From Candidatus Poribacteria bacterium (lineage in GTDB: Bacteria > Poribacteria > WGA-4E > WGA-3G), in contig OZ251518.1 of the NCBI GenBank assembly GCA_965242965.1, positions 224,001-288,000 of the forward strand: a stretch of 64,000 bases of DNA, in the 5' to 3' direction. Positions 27,219 to 37,505 of the stretch are shown here, piece after piece (positions within the stretch are counted from its first letter, which is position 1; each line of letters begins with the position of its first letter). The position numbers and the translations under genes are program-made. The notes under the pieces were generated by a model that had not been told where the DNA came from, ran no database searches, and saw only the letters and a list, made by a program, of their open reading frames with translations.

Positions 27219-29987
27219 ATGAAAACACCGCAACTTTCCATCTTCACGCTATTAGCAATTCTTACCGTGCTGCTGCCAACTGACGCTGCGGATTATACAC
27301 GTTATACACAGTGGCAATTGCCGGAAAGTGCCACCGCGCGCATCGGTAAAGGCATTATACGGGACATTGCCTACTCTCCCGATGGCACCCGGCTCGCTGT
27401 CGCAACAACTATCGGCGTTTGGCTTCACGATGCACGGACATACCAAGAAGTAGCCCTGATTTCGATACGTTCGCTCACAGCGATGGTATTCTCTCCAGAT
27501 GGGAGGATGCTCGCGACGGCGCATTACGGTAATCCTATCCAGATCTGGTCTGCACGTTCCGGGCAGAGTCTCGCGACGTTCACCGGGTATGTCAGCGATG
27601 TGAACGCGCTCGCCTATTCTCCTGATGGCGAGACGCTGGCTGTCGCAGATGCTTCGGAAATCCTGCTGTGGAATGCCAAAACGGGCAAACAGCGCGCCGT
27701 GCTGCAGGGAGGTGCAAAAGCCATCGCCTTCTCGCCAGATGGAGACACTTTATTCAGCGTCGGTGAGGACAAAACGATTCGACACTGGGATGCAGGCACA
27801 GGCGAAGCCTTGGATGTCACTGAGATAAAGTTAGGCAAGATATCTGATATCGCGTTCTCGCCAGATCGAACCCTCCTTGCCAGTAGCGAGTTTAACGCCA
27901 ACATAATTGAATGGTGGACTGTGCGAACAGGACAGCGTCAAGCAGTTCTCAAAGGACCTGAGCGGCATGTCGATTCCATTCAGTTCTCACCCGATAGCCG
28001 CTTATTCGCCAGCGCAGGAAGTAGATGGGACGATGTTGTGTCTGAAGATGTAGGCGAGATTCGGGTATGGAATGCCTACACGGGTGAACCCCACGTAACG
28101 CTTGGTGGACATCAGCGGTGGGTAAACTCCCTCGCGTTTTCACCGGATAGCAAAACGCTTGTCAGTGCAAGTTCAACCGAGGTGTTGTTATGGGATACAC
28201 AGACGTGGCAATTGCAAGATACGCAAGACCGGTTTCAAGGACATACGCGATGGGTTGAGTCCCTGGCGTTCTCACCAGATAGTGCCATGCTTGCAAGCGG
28301 CATTGGGAACGAAATCTGGCTGTGGAACGCACAAACTGGACGACTACAAAATATCCTCGCTGACCACTGGTTAACCGTTGAGTCGTTAGCGTTCTCACCA
28401 GATGGACAGCTACTTGCCAGTGCGAGTATAGAAGAAATTACATTACAAGACCTCGCGACCGGACGATATGTCCCTTGGATTAGACTGCGCGGTAACTGGA
28501 ATTCCCCTGTCGTATTCTCACCGAATGGACAAACGCTTGCGATGCGGAGATTCCACGGGCCAATCTGGCTGCGGGATGTAAAGACCGGAGAGTTGCAGGT
28601 TATCCTTGAAGAGGATAACTATTCGGTTGATGCCCTAGTCTTTTCGTCCGATGGCAAAACCCTTGCTGGCACAGGCAGAGATGGAAATGTTTGGCTGTGG
28701 GATGCTGAGACCGGTAAACGCCACGATACACTCTATGGACACAGGAAGCCGTGCTATAGTCTAGCCTTCTCGCCGGATGGGAAAACCCTCGCCAGTTGTA
28801 GCGAAGATTGGACGATTCGGTTGTGGAACGTAGCGAATGTAAAAGATGGCCGTTTCAGAAGTTTCCTGCGGGGACATAGCGATGCAGTCCTCTCTGTCGC
28901 CTTTTCGCCGGATGGGCGGTTACTCGCCAGCGGGAGTGTCGATGGAACAGTCAGGTTATGGGATACAGATTCGTTTCGGCACCGTGCTACGCTGAGTGGA
29001 CAGTCAGACAGTGTCACTTCTGTCGCCTTCTCCCCCGATGGCCGCACGCTTGCGAGTGGCAGTGGGGATGGCACGATTCTTTTATGGGAAGTGCCACCGT
29101 CGCCTGCTGCTTTTGTTCGCATTGAACCTTCCCATATAGCGGCACCACCAATTGGCGAGTTCCTCCATGTCAACGTGAACATCTCCGGTGGAAAAAATGT
29201 GCGCGGCTATCAACTCACCGTGCAGTTTGAACCCGCTTTGCTGCGTTACGTTTCTAGCACCAACGGCGACTATTTGCCCGGTGACGCGTTTTTTGTCCCG
29301 CCGATTGTGAAGGGTGAGCAGGTAACCCTTATCTCAACTTCGCCAGCCGGTGTCGGCGACGGTGATGGAACCCTTGCCACGCTCACGTTTGAGGTAATCG
29401 GCAGAAAAATGTCAGCGTTGACGCTTTCAGAAGTTCTCCTCTCTGACAGCGCGGGCAAAACTTCAGAATCCTTTGTCCAAAACGGATGGCTGCTTGAACC
29501 TCCCTGGGATCTGAATTTTGATGGTGTCGTGAACGTTCAGGATTTGGCAATCGTTGCGGCGCATTTCGGGGAGACGAACGCGGGCGCGGCAGATGTCAAT
29601 CAAGATAACATTGTTGACATCCGCGATCTCGTCATCGTTGCCAGTGGGTTAGATATCGCAGTAGGTGCGGCACCTGAGCCGTTTTTACTGCCCACGGCAA
29701 CTGTCCTATTGCCAAACTATCCGAATCCGTTTAATCCGGAAACGTGGATCCCGTATCGGTTAGCAATCGGTGGGGATGTGACGCTGACGATTTATGATGT
29801 CCACGGAAAAACTGTCCGGCAATTTACGCCGGGTTACCAACCTGCCGGTGCTTATCAACGCCGAAGCCGGGCGGCGTATTGGGATGGGAAAAATGAACTC
29901 GGTGAGCCGGTCGCGAGTGGTGTCTATTTTTATACTCTGACGACAGCGGATTTCAGTGCAACGCGAAAGATGTTGATAAGGCGATGA
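27219..29987 (+). CDS. WD40-repeat protein with cohesin, dockerin and FlgD-Ig/secretion-tail domains
   Basis: About 14 AFSPDG..LAS...LWD repeats, cohesin-like GDGTLATLTF, dockerin DLNFDGVVNVQDL/DVNQDNIVDIRDL, tail LLPNYPNPFNPETWIPY...ASGVYFY. Confidence 0.9.
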   Translation: MKTPQLSIFTLLAILTVLLPTDAADYTRYTQWQLPESATARIGKGIIRDIAYSPDGTRLAVATTIGVWLHDARTYQEVALISIRSLTAMVFSPDGRMLATAHYGNPIQIWSARSGQSLATFTGYVSDVNALAYSPDGETLAVADASEILLWNAKTGKQRAVLQGGAKAIAFSPDGDTLFSVGEDKTIRHWDAGTGEALDVTEIKLGKISDIAFSPDRTLLASSEFNANIIEWWTVRTGQRQAVLKGPERHVDSIQFSPDSRLFASAGSRWDDVVSEDVGEIRVWNAYTGEPHVTLGGHQRWVNSLAFSPDSKTLVSASSTEVLLWDTQTWQLQDTQDRFQGHTRWVESLAFSPDSAMLASGIGNEIWLWNAQTGRLQNILADHWLTVESLAFSPDGQLLASASIEEITLQDLATGRYVPWIRLRGNWNSPVVFSPNGQTLAMRRFHGPIWLRDVKTGELQVILEEDNYSVDALVFSSDGKTLAGTGRDGNVWLWDAETGKRHDTLYGHRKPCYSLAFSPDGKTLASCSEDWTIRLWNVANVKDGRFRSFLRGHSDAVLSVAFSPDGRLLASGSVDGTVRLWDTDSFRHRATLSGQSDSVTSVAFSPDGRTLASGSGDGTILLWEVPPSPAAFVRIEPSHIAAPPIGEFLHVNVNISGGKNVRGYQLTVQFEPALLRYVSSTNGDYLPGDAFFVPPIVKGEQVTLISTSPAGVGDGDGTLATLTFEVIGRKMSALTLSEVLLSDSAGKTSESFVQNGWLLEPPWDLNFDGVVNVQDLAIVAAHFGETNAGAADVNQDNIVDIRDLVIVASGLDIAVGAAPEPFLLPTATVLLPNYPNPFNPETWIPYRLAIGGDVTLTIYDVHGKTVRQFTPGYQPAGAYQRRSRAAYWDGKNELGEPVASGVYFYTLTTADFSATRKMLIRR

Positions 29988-29999
29988 ACCTAGATGTTT

Positions 30000-30356
30000 T
30001 TCACGTAGGGCGAGGGCCTGTCCCTCGCCATGCACCGATCGCGGGGGACACCCGCTCGGATGCGCGTATGGCATCCGAGCCCCCCCGCGCTACGGTGAAA
30101 AAAACGCCTCTCCTTCACGTAGGGCGAGGGCCTGTCCCTCGCCATGCAGCGATCGCGGGGGACAGGCCCCCGCGCTACGGTAAAAAACGGTTCTCTTCAC
30201 CGTAGGGCGATGGGAAAACAGGTCCCTCGCCATGCGTTTTGCTGGCAGACCGCATCACCTTTGTAGTTCGGGATCAGGCGCTCCCGAACTACAGAGGCGG
30301 GCATCGCTCGTACTGAGAACGGGACGGCGCGCCAACGGATTTATGAAACACCCTCA
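30000..30356. repeat. Right half of TIR/REP cassette
   Basis: Multiple GTAG hairpins ending in TTATGAAACACCCTCA (30341-30356). Confidence 0.8.
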
Positions 30357-30430
30357 ATTTAGTGACTTTAGGCTCCTCCGTACGAAAAAAGCCACTATTG
30401 GCAAAATGCAACAGTGGCTTAAGAACGAAT

Positions 30431-31057
30431 TTATTGCGATTCAACGATTCCCAATCTCCTGAGTTCCTTGAGAGTCTCAAGAGATTCTTGGTTGGCAGGA
30501 TGGGGAAAGAAGCGCACCATTCCCTCCATGTGAGTTATCTGCTCGTCGATCGTCAGACGCTCATGCCTATTGGCTCTCAAATCCAACTCAATAAAGGAGA
30601 TGACTTTAGGCGTTGCACCATATTCCTCAATTAGTTGAGTATGTATGGCTCCAATCTGCGTCATAAAATCTTTCTGACCATTCTGTTTTTCCGGCGTTGA
30701 CTCGTGCTGTTGCCGCAGGGTGTCCTCATGCACGTGCGTATCGGCCGGGGTGTGAGAATGAACATCATTATCCGCCCAGTCGTAGTTATCCAGCATAGGC
30801 GGCGTATTTTCTACATTCTCTTCAGGAACCTGGTCTTCAAGCGTTTCGGGGACAGGCTCAGGCTGCCCATCAGTGTCCTGAGCGGGTAATCCTGTTTCCT
30901 GCGTCGTGCCTTGCGGCACATTGTTAATAGGTTTCTCTACGGTGCGCGGAACTTGTGGGAGACTCTCGTCAAATGCCCTTTTTTCCCGCTCAAAGTAAAT
31001 CATCCATCCGGCTAACATGAGTAGGCAGGCGATACAGGCTACGATAATATGTCGCAT
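30431..31057 (-). CDS. Hypothetical membrane-anchored protein
   Basis: N-terminal TM helix, P/E/Q-rich linker with His patch, helical C-terminus. Confidence 0.6.
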   Translation of the reverse strand: MRHIIVACIACLLMLAGWMIYFEREKRAFDESLPQVPRTVEKPINNVPQGTTQETGLPAQDTDGQPEPVPETLEDQVPEENVENTPPMLDNYDWADNDVHSHTPADTHVHEDTLRQQHESTPEKQNGQKDFMTQIGAIHTQLIEEYGATPKVISFIELDLRANRHERLTIDEQITHMEGMVRFFPHPANQESLETLKELRRLGIVESQ

Positions 31058-31169
31058 ATCAGAATCCTTTTAGAGGAGGTGTAGGCAATGTAATTGCCTA
31101 CACCTAATCCGGTCTAGATACGGTGGCTTCCCCTACGGGAATGCATCGCGATTCGGAGGGCGCGCCGGC

Positions 31170-31266
31170 CTATTGCATCGAGACCAGGAGGTCTCTCCTA
31201 CCGGAAAGGCATTGAGACCGGGAGGTCTCTCCTACTGGGAAGCCATTGAGTTATGAAACACCCTCA
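31170..31266. repeat. Two GAGACC-family REPs plus right TIR
   Basis: Two GCAT(C/T)GAGACC(A/G)GGAGGTCTCTCCTAC copies and TTATGAAACACCCTCA at 31251-31266. Confidence 0.75.
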
Positions 31267-31268
31267 TA

Positions 31269-32054
31269 TTACTGAGATGCTCCGACGTTGACGTAATCGC
31301 CGCGCAGCTCAAAGAAATGTATGGTTTCTCGACTTGTCCGGTTTGGCAGGTCAAGATTAATCGCTCGCGGTCCTTCTAAGGTATGATAAAGGTTCGCGTC
31401 TTCCATGCTGGCGAATTCAAATTCAACGTATCGGTGCGGCGATTCCCCGTAGTAGTTATCATAGGAGGCTATCCGCTGCACCTGCTCAGGTTCAGAGAGT
31501 TCGGGCGCGATAGTGGCTACCCAATCCAGATAAGCGTCTTTGCCGCCCAGCGGGTAATCGATTAAGTAAACCACCTTAATCGTGCGTTCCGGGCCTAGCC
31601 TCTCTGCGTAATCCGAACGTTGGATGAGCACGTGATTGCTTGATTCACTACTCTGGTCTGGCAGTGCCTCAAAGACCGCGGCGATTTCCGGTCTGTTCAT
31701 ATATGTCATCGCATCGACGAAACTCGCGAATTCAAATTCAACGAGCCGATGTGGATTCACACCGTAATAGTTATCGTAGGATGCGACTCGCTGCAGTTCT
31801 TCGGGTGCAGAGAGTGCCTCGGAAACGGACGCAACCCACTCAAGGTATGCGTCTTTTCCGCCGAGCGGATAATTAATGAGCCACACCAATTTTACTGGCG
31901 TTGCCTCCATCTCCGGCGCAGCGGATTCTTCAACAATCGGATTCGCCGGTGGCATCGTCACGCCTGTGATGACCTGTTGTGCTGAATCACAGCCGACGAA
32001 AGCCACCAAGATAGCGAGAATTAGTAGCGTTCCTAGTTTCAATCTGATTTGCAT
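31269..32054 (-). CDS. Lipoprotein with two tandem ~100-aa alpha/beta-barrel (EthD/DUF1330-like) repeats
   Basis: Lipobox FVGC. YPLGGKDAYL.WVA...ASYDNYYG..PHR.VEFEFAS occurs twice. Confidence 0.6.
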   Translation of the reverse strand: MQIRLKLGTLLILAILVAFVGCDSAQQVITGVTMPPANPIVEESAAPEMEATPVKLVWLINYPLGGKDAYLEWVASVSEALSAPEELQRVASYDNYYGVNPHRLVEFEFASFVDAMTYMNRPEIAAVFEALPDQSSESSNHVLIQRSDYAERLGPERTIKVVYLIDYPLGGKDAYLDWVATIAPELSEPEQVQRIASYDNYYGESPHRYVEFEFASMEDANLYHTLEGPRAINLDLPNRTSRETIHFFELRGDYVNVGASQ

Positions 32055-32136
32055 GATGTTCTCCTTTGCAATTGAAATTAATAGAGTGTAAACGTTTAAA
32101 GTTTACCATATCCCTCGGCAAAATGCAAACGTTTTT

Positions 32137-32679
32137 TTACGAATTCCAGATTTCCTCCGGTGCATCCGAGCGATGATTCACGACGCGGGCCAGCACGAAC
32201 AACAAATCCGAAAGCCGATTGAGGCAACGGATGGCTTCAGGATTAACCGATTCTTCATTCGCCAGGCGGACAACGCAGCGTTCGCTTCGGCGGCACACGG
32301 TGCGCGCGATATGCAAAATCGCGCCGCCAGGGCTCCCACCCGGCAAGATAAAATTTCTTAGCGGCGGAAGTTCTTCTGAAATCTTGTCAATAGCTTCCTC
32401 CATCTCTGTCGTGAAATCCGCGGAGATGCGCAACTCGGCGGACTTGGTATGAGTATCCGGTGTTGCCAAATCCGCGCCTAACGAAAAGAGTTGGTTCTGA
32501 ATTTTCGCGAGAAGCTCGGAAACGTCGGCATCCGCAATCAACGTTTGTGCATAGCCGATGTAGGCGTTGAGTTCATCAACCGCACCGATTGCTTCGATGC
32601 GTAGCGCGTCCTTCCGGGTCTGCGCGCCGCCATAGAGCGCGGTATCGCCAGCATCCCCGAATTTTGTGTAGATTTTCAT
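32137..32679 (-). CDS. Cob(I)alamin adenosyltransferase, PduO type
   Basis: KIYTKFGDAGDT, FILPGG, RTVCRRSER and LNRLSDLLF motifs. Confidence 0.93.
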   Translation of the reverse strand: MKIYTKFGDAGDTALYGGAQTRKDALRIEAIGAVDELNAYIGYAQTLIADADVSELLAKIQNQLFSLGADLATPDTHTKSAELRISADFTTEMEEAIDKISEELPPLRNFILPGGSPGGAILHIARTVCRRSERCVVRLANEESVNPEAIRCLNRLSDLLFVLARVVNHRSDAPEEIWNS

Positions 32680-32723
32680 ATCGGTCTAGTTTATACTATT
32701 TTCAAAAAGGAGTCAAACGAATT

Positions 32724-34052
32724 ATGCAAACCGTGATTGAAAACGTCAACGTCGTCGATTTGCGCGTGCCGACATCGGATACGTTGTTGGGTTCCGATCC
32801 GTTTCACAAAAAACCGAACTATTCCGCTGTGCTTACTACGCTAGAAACGAACACGGGACACACCGGCACCTCTGTCGCCTTCACCGCCGGCGCAGGCAAC
32901 GACTGGATTGCCTACGGTGTCAGCGACCTCGGGCAACTGCTGAGCGGTATGTCTCTTGATAACTTCATGGATGACCCGGGTGCATTCCATCGGCTTCTCA
33001 TCGATCATCATCAGTTACGCTGGCTTGCCGATGGTGTCAACCGGATGGCGGCAGGGAGCATCGTTAATGCAATGTGGGATGTGTGGGCGAAACGCGCAGG
33101 AAAGCCGATGTGGAAACTGCTCGTGGATTTGCCACCGGAAAAGATTGTCCAATGCATCGATTGGCGGTATCTCCGAGATGCCCTCACCCCCGATGAGGCA
33201 CTCCAAATTCTCACTGACACCCAGGCTAACACGCGCCAGCGCGAACAGGCACTCTTTCAACACGGCCCAAAGGCATATTCCACTGCCGGTTGGCTCGGCT
33301 TAACCGATGCACAGATTATTGAGACGGTGAACCAGGTCAAAGCAGTTGGTTTTGACTGCTTCAAAATGAAGGTTGGACAAAATCTCGCTTTTGATAAGCG
33401 GCGGCTTGCCTTTATTCGGGAGGCAATCGGCGAGGACGCGCAGTTAATGCTGGATGCCAACCAGATCTGGGGTGTTGACGAAGCAATCGTCTACATGGAA
33501 GAATTAACGGCGTTCAACCCGACGTGGATTGAGGAGCCTACCGCGCGCGACGATGTCCTCGGCTTTGTGAAGATTTCGCGTGCGTTAGAAAAACACGGCA
33601 TCGGTGTCGCGGCGGGGGAGCAGGTGCCGTCGCCTGTCGTCTTCAAGCAGCTGCTCACCAGTGGCGGCATCCAGTATTGCCAGATCGATGCGACGCGTCT
33701 CGCCGGTGTAAACGATGTGTTGGCAATTATTTTAATCGCCGCGAAGTTCGGCGTGCCAGTCTGTCCGCACGGCGGCGGTATCGGGCTCTGCAACATGATC
33801 CGACATTATGCAATGTGGGATCAGATTTGCGTTTCGGCGCGCTCCGATACGCAGGTTGTAGAATACTTAAACTTCCTACAAGAGGAGGTTTTCCTTGAAC
33901 CCATCCAAGTTCAGCGAGGCGCGTATGTCGCGCCGACTACACCCGGCTGGGGACTTGAGATGCACGAGGATTTCGTCGCGGCGCATACGTATCCGACAGG
34001 TGCCGTTTGGCAGGGGCGCGAGGCTTCCGGCGGTGTGACATTTTTGGCGTAG
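32724..34052 (+). CDS. L-fuconate dehydratase-like enolase-superfamily enzyme
   Basis: DLRVPTS..L.GSD, KMKVG, LDANQ, IEEP, GEQ and CPHGGG motifs. RBS AAGGAG before ATG 32724. Confidence 0.85.
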   Translation: MQTVIENVNVVDLRVPTSDTLLGSDPFHKKPNYSAVLTTLETNTGHTGTSVAFTAGAGNDWIAYGVSDLGQLLSGMSLDNFMDDPGAFHRLLIDHHQLRWLADGVNRMAAGSIVNAMWDVWAKRAGKPMWKLLVDLPPEKIVQCIDWRYLRDALTPDEALQILTDTQANTRQREQALFQHGPKAYSTAGWLGLTDAQIIETVNQVKAVGFDCFKMKVGQNLAFDKRRLAFIREAIGEDAQLMLDANQIWGVDEAIVYMEELTAFNPTWIEEPTARDDVLGFVKISRALEKHGIGVAAGEQVPSPVVFKQLLTSGGIQYCQIDATRLAGVNDVLAIILIAAKFGVPVCPHGGGIGLCNMIRHYAMWDQICVSARSDTQVVEYLNFLQEEVFLEPIQVQRGAYVAPTTPGWGLEMHEDFVAAHTYPTGAVWQGREASGGVTFLA

Positions 34053-34060
34053 TTAAACTG

Positions 34061-34819
34061 TCATCGTTTGGCATTTTCCGCGGCGTGTTTATACGCTGCC
34101 GCGCCGGAGGCTATCCAGTTACTAACGCCTGTCATCAAAAACCGCACGCCGGCCTGCACATATTTTTCGACGGTGGCATTCGTCGTCAATGTCCCTGCGA
34201 CGCGTCCTGCCGCTTGGATACGCGCGAGCGTCTCGTCAAGTGTCCGTTGAACGTCGGGATGTTCGTAGTTGCCGATGTGCCCCATGGAAGTTGCCAAATC
34301 GGAGGGTGCGACGAAGAAAACGTCAATGTGTTCCACGGTGAGGATTTCGTCCAAGTTGTTAACGGCGGCAATATCCTCAACGAGGACGACGAGCAGCGTT
34401 TGCGAATTCGCCTCCGCGAAATAGTTGTCCACGCCGTAGCCTTGCCGACTCGTATACATTCCGCGGTGCCCGATGGGTGCGAACTTCGCGCCATCTACGA
34501 CGTTTTGTGCCTCTGCCTTCGTGTTAACATGCGGCATCGCGATGCCCATCGCGCCGCAATCTAGTGTGCGGTAGATAAGCCCCTGGTCATTCCGATTAAC
34601 GCGCACGAGGGGAGTCATTCCCCACAGATCGCAGGCGCGCGTCAGATCACCGAGTTGCGCGGGACCGACGCGGCCGTGTTCGCCTTCCAGCCACACGCCA
34701 TCAAATCCGAGCGGCCCGAAAGCATCGATGTCGTCGGCGTTCGTTAGGCCGGAGACGACGTATGCGAGTTCGCCATCGGCCAGTTTTTGTTTAATTCGGT
34801 TCGGTCTGAGTGTTGTCAT
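34061..34819 (-). CDS. HpcH/HpaI aldolase family protein
   Basis: GFDGVWLEGEH, LDCGA.GI.MPHV and FVAPSDL motifs. Confidence 0.88.
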   Translation of the reverse strand: MTTLRPNRIKQKLADGELAYVVSGLTNADDIDAFGPLGFDGVWLEGEHGRVGPAQLGDLTRACDLWGMTPLVRVNRNDQGLIYRTLDCGAMGIAMPHVNTKAEAQNVVDGAKFAPIGHRGMYTSRQGYGVDNYFAEANSQTLLVVLVEDIAAVNNLDEILTVEHIDVFFVAPSDLATSMGHIGNYEHPDVQRTLDETLARIQAAGRVAGTLTTNATVEKYVQAGVRFLMTGVSNWIASGAAAYKHAAENAKR

Positions 34820-34938
34820 GAATTCCTCCTGTCAATTGGTTAACTCTTTCCGGTAGGAGAGACCTCCCGGTCTCGATGCAGTTTCTCCTATCAATTGGTT
34901 AACGCGCTGCCTCTATAGGAGCGTGATGAGGGTGCGGG

Positions 34939-35901
34939 TTATTCGTCATCCTCGTCTTCGGATGGCCAATCTTCGGCATTGAGGGCTTTAATGCGTTGCC
35001 GGAATACCCTGTCGAAGAGTTCAAGTTTCTCGGCGAGCCAAGCGTGCTGATTTGGCCAGTCAGCTTCGTCGGTTGGATTGGTATCCTTTTTGTGCAACGA
35101 TACCCGACAGGATTTTTTACCGGGTAATTCGTTCCATTCAAGCGAGGTGTCAAATTCTTGCTCAATTTCCACCGCCTGTTCTTCCAGTAGATGGAAGTGT
35201 GCCGTGGCATTTGGGCCTCGCATTCTGAGGCGGATACTGATTTGTGCCTTTTGCGGACTCAGGGTTGCATATAGCCTGAATTCGGGACGGCCAATGCCAA
35301 AACCTACGAAAGTCTTTTCAGAGGATTTCCGGATTTTGAACTTACTTGTCTGCTCAAGTAAGTGCTCACGGAATCGACTCCAAAATCGCGTACGCCAATC
35401 GCTGTCATCGTCATCTATCACCGGAGATGCCCAGTCCTTTGGACTAGAGACGACATTAAACTCCACTCCATAAGCTGAGTCTTCGATCGTCCAAACCTTA
35501 ACCTCCACGCCGAAGAATTGATAGAGATCGTCCGTAATTTCGTTCAGCCAGTTAAGGGTTTCGCGGTGCTCTTCGGTGAATCCTGCTGCGACCCAGACGA
35601 TGGTAGCCGCATCTAGACCTGTTGCATAAGTCAAGACCTGTCCGAGGTGCTTGTGGTCTGCCCTATTTAACTGATTCTCAACTAGCACCCAAGAGTTGTC
35701 ATCCGTGTTACGACATAGGATGTCAGCACGAAATAAGCCAATGTTTTTTTCCTTTTCCACAAACTGAAGGTCTACGTTCAAGGCATCGGCAAGGATAGAC
35801 AGGTTCTCCTCCTTGGCCATCCACGGTGTGAAACATTTGGATTCCTTAGCCCAAACTTCGCGTGGGTTAACGGGTTGCAGGCGAGTGATTTTCTTAGTCA
35901 T
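34939..35901 (-). CDS. DUF4268-domain protein with N-terminal NucS-like PD-(D/E)xK domain (copy 1)
   Basis: REVW..E...FTPW, ADILC...VENQL...DHKHLGQVLTY motifs. C-terminal FW..F...W...H.WL pattern. Confidence 0.8.
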   Translation of the reverse strand: MTKKITRLQPVNPREVWAKESKCFTPWMAKEENLSILADALNVDLQFVEKEKNIGLFRADILCRNTDDNSWVLVENQLNRADHKHLGQVLTYATGLDAATIVWVAAGFTEEHRETLNWLNEITDDLYQFFGVEVKVWTIEDSAYGVEFNVVSSPKDWASPVIDDDDSDWRTRFWSRFREHLLEQTSKFKIRKSSEKTFVGFGIGRPEFRLYATLSPQKAQISIRLRMRGPNATAHFHLLEEQAVEIEQEFDTSLEWNELPGKKSCRVSLHKKDTNPTDEADWPNQHAWLAEKLELFDRVFRQRIKALNAEDWPSEDEDDE

Positions 35902-36263
35902 CGGGGTTAGTTCCTCCTTTAGAAAATATCGTAAAAGCGATCTGATAACCGCTAACTTTATTATAGCATAAATCGCTTTTTTTTGGATAATTATTTTTTA
36001 GAAAATTGTCCCTTTCACCGTAGGGCGAGGGCCTGTCCCTCGCCATGCCGCGGTGTCGCCAGAAAACGTCCTCTGCCGCTGGACTTGAGCGGTTCTAGTT
36101 CGATCGGGAGATCGCGAGGGACAGGCCCTCGCGCTACGGATAGGGGCGGTTTCTTCTTAAATCCTAACGGACCTTGGAGCGAGTGATACGTATTTTTCTC
36201 TTTCCGGTAGGAGAGACCTCCCGGTCTCGATGCGGGTTATTCGTCGTCCTCGTCTTCGGGTTG

Positions 36264-37229
36264 TCAATCGTCGGCATTGAGGGCTTGAACGCGATGTCGG
36301 AATACCTCGTCGAAGAGTTCAAGTTTCTCGGCGAGCCAAGCGTGCTGATTTGGCCAGTCAGCTTCGTCTGTTGGATTGGTGTTACGCTTGGTTAAGACCA
36401 GGGCGTTAGACTCTTCTCTCCACTCAAGTTGTTCGCCATCACACAGTTCGCCGATTTCGTTCTCAATTTCCTCCTGATCTATTATCAAGAGGTTGAAATG
36501 TGCTTCGGCGTTTGGTCCGAACATGTCAAGGCGGACGACTAACCGATTATTTGACGTGCTCATCAATGCCTTCAACCTAAATCCAGCTGTGCCTATGGCA
36601 AAAAACACGAAGGCTTTTGGAACAGGTCTGGGAGCATTGATCTGGCGGTTTGTCTGGCTCACGTGTTCACCGAATGCAGTCCAGAATCTTTGCCGGAGTA
36701 GTGGTAGTCCAGATAACTCTTCGCTTCCTGCTTGTTGTGCACTCTGACCGACAGAGCGGATCCAATTATTGGGCTTGGAAACGATATTAAATTTCGGGGC
36801 AGCCCGTGAATCTCCGATTTGCCACAATTCAATTTCCACACCGAAGAACTGAAAACGTTCATCCGTAATCGCGTTCAGCCTGTCAAGAGCCGCACGGTGC
36901 TTCTCTTGGAAGGACTTTGCAATCCATACAAATGCAGTTGCCTCCGGGCGTGCTGCTGCGTAGGTGAGAATTTGCCCGAGGTGCGTATGGTTAGTTTTAG
37001 TCAACTGGTTCTCTATCAGTACCAAGGAGTCATCGGTATTTCGGCACAGTAGGTCGACTATGCCTGACTCAACGTTTACCTCGCGTCCCTCAAGTTCCAG
37101 TTCCATGTTCAGTGTTTTCGCAAGGATAGAGAGGTTTTCCTCCTCGGCCAACCACGGTGTGAAGTCAGTAGCCTCGTTGGGCCAGACCTCTCGCAATTCA
37201 ACGCGCTCAAGGCGGCCAAGTTCGTTAGA
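36264..37229 (-). CDS. DUF4268-domain protein (copy 2)
   Basis: Same motifs (VDLLC..IENQL..HLGQILTY). ATG at 37229. A TGG>TGA change removes the acidic tail present in copy 1. Confidence 0.8.
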   Translation of the reverse strand, partial: SNELGRLERVELREVWPNEATDFTPWLAEEENLSILAKTLNMELELEGREVNVESGIVDLLCRNTDDSLVLIENQLTKTNHTHLGQILTYAAARPEATAFVWIAKSFQEKHRAALDRLNAITDERFQFFGVEIELWQIGDSRAAPKFNIVSKPNNWIRSVGQSAQQAGSEELSGLPLLRQRFWTAFGEHVSQTNRQINAPRPVPKAFVFFAIGTAGFRLKALMSTSNNRLVVRLDMFGPNAEAHFNLLIIDQEEIENEIGELCDGEQLEWREESNALVLTKRNTNPTDEADWPNQHAWLAEKLELFDEVFRHRVQALNADD

Positions 37230-37505
37230 CATTAGGTGTCATGTCCTCCTTTAGAAAGTATCGTAAAAGCGATTTGATAACCGCTAACCCTATTATAGCA
37301 TAAATCGCTTTTTTTTCGATAATTATTTTTTAGAAAATTGTCCCTTTCACCGTAGGGCGAGGGACAGGCCCTCGCCATGCTGCGGTGTCGCCAGAAAACG
37401 TCCCTTGCCGCTGGACTCAAGCGGTTCTAGTTCGATCGCGAAATCGCGAGGGACAGGCCCTCGCGCTACGGACAGGAGCAGGATCACGAGGGACAGGCCC
37501 TCGCG

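Noticed and set aside
31078-31105. Perfect 13-bp-stem hairpin AGGTGTAGGCAAT-GTA-ATTGCCTACACCT as a terminator
   Set aside because: No U-tract on either strand. It contains GTAG/CTAC and may be another repeat variant; function unsupported.
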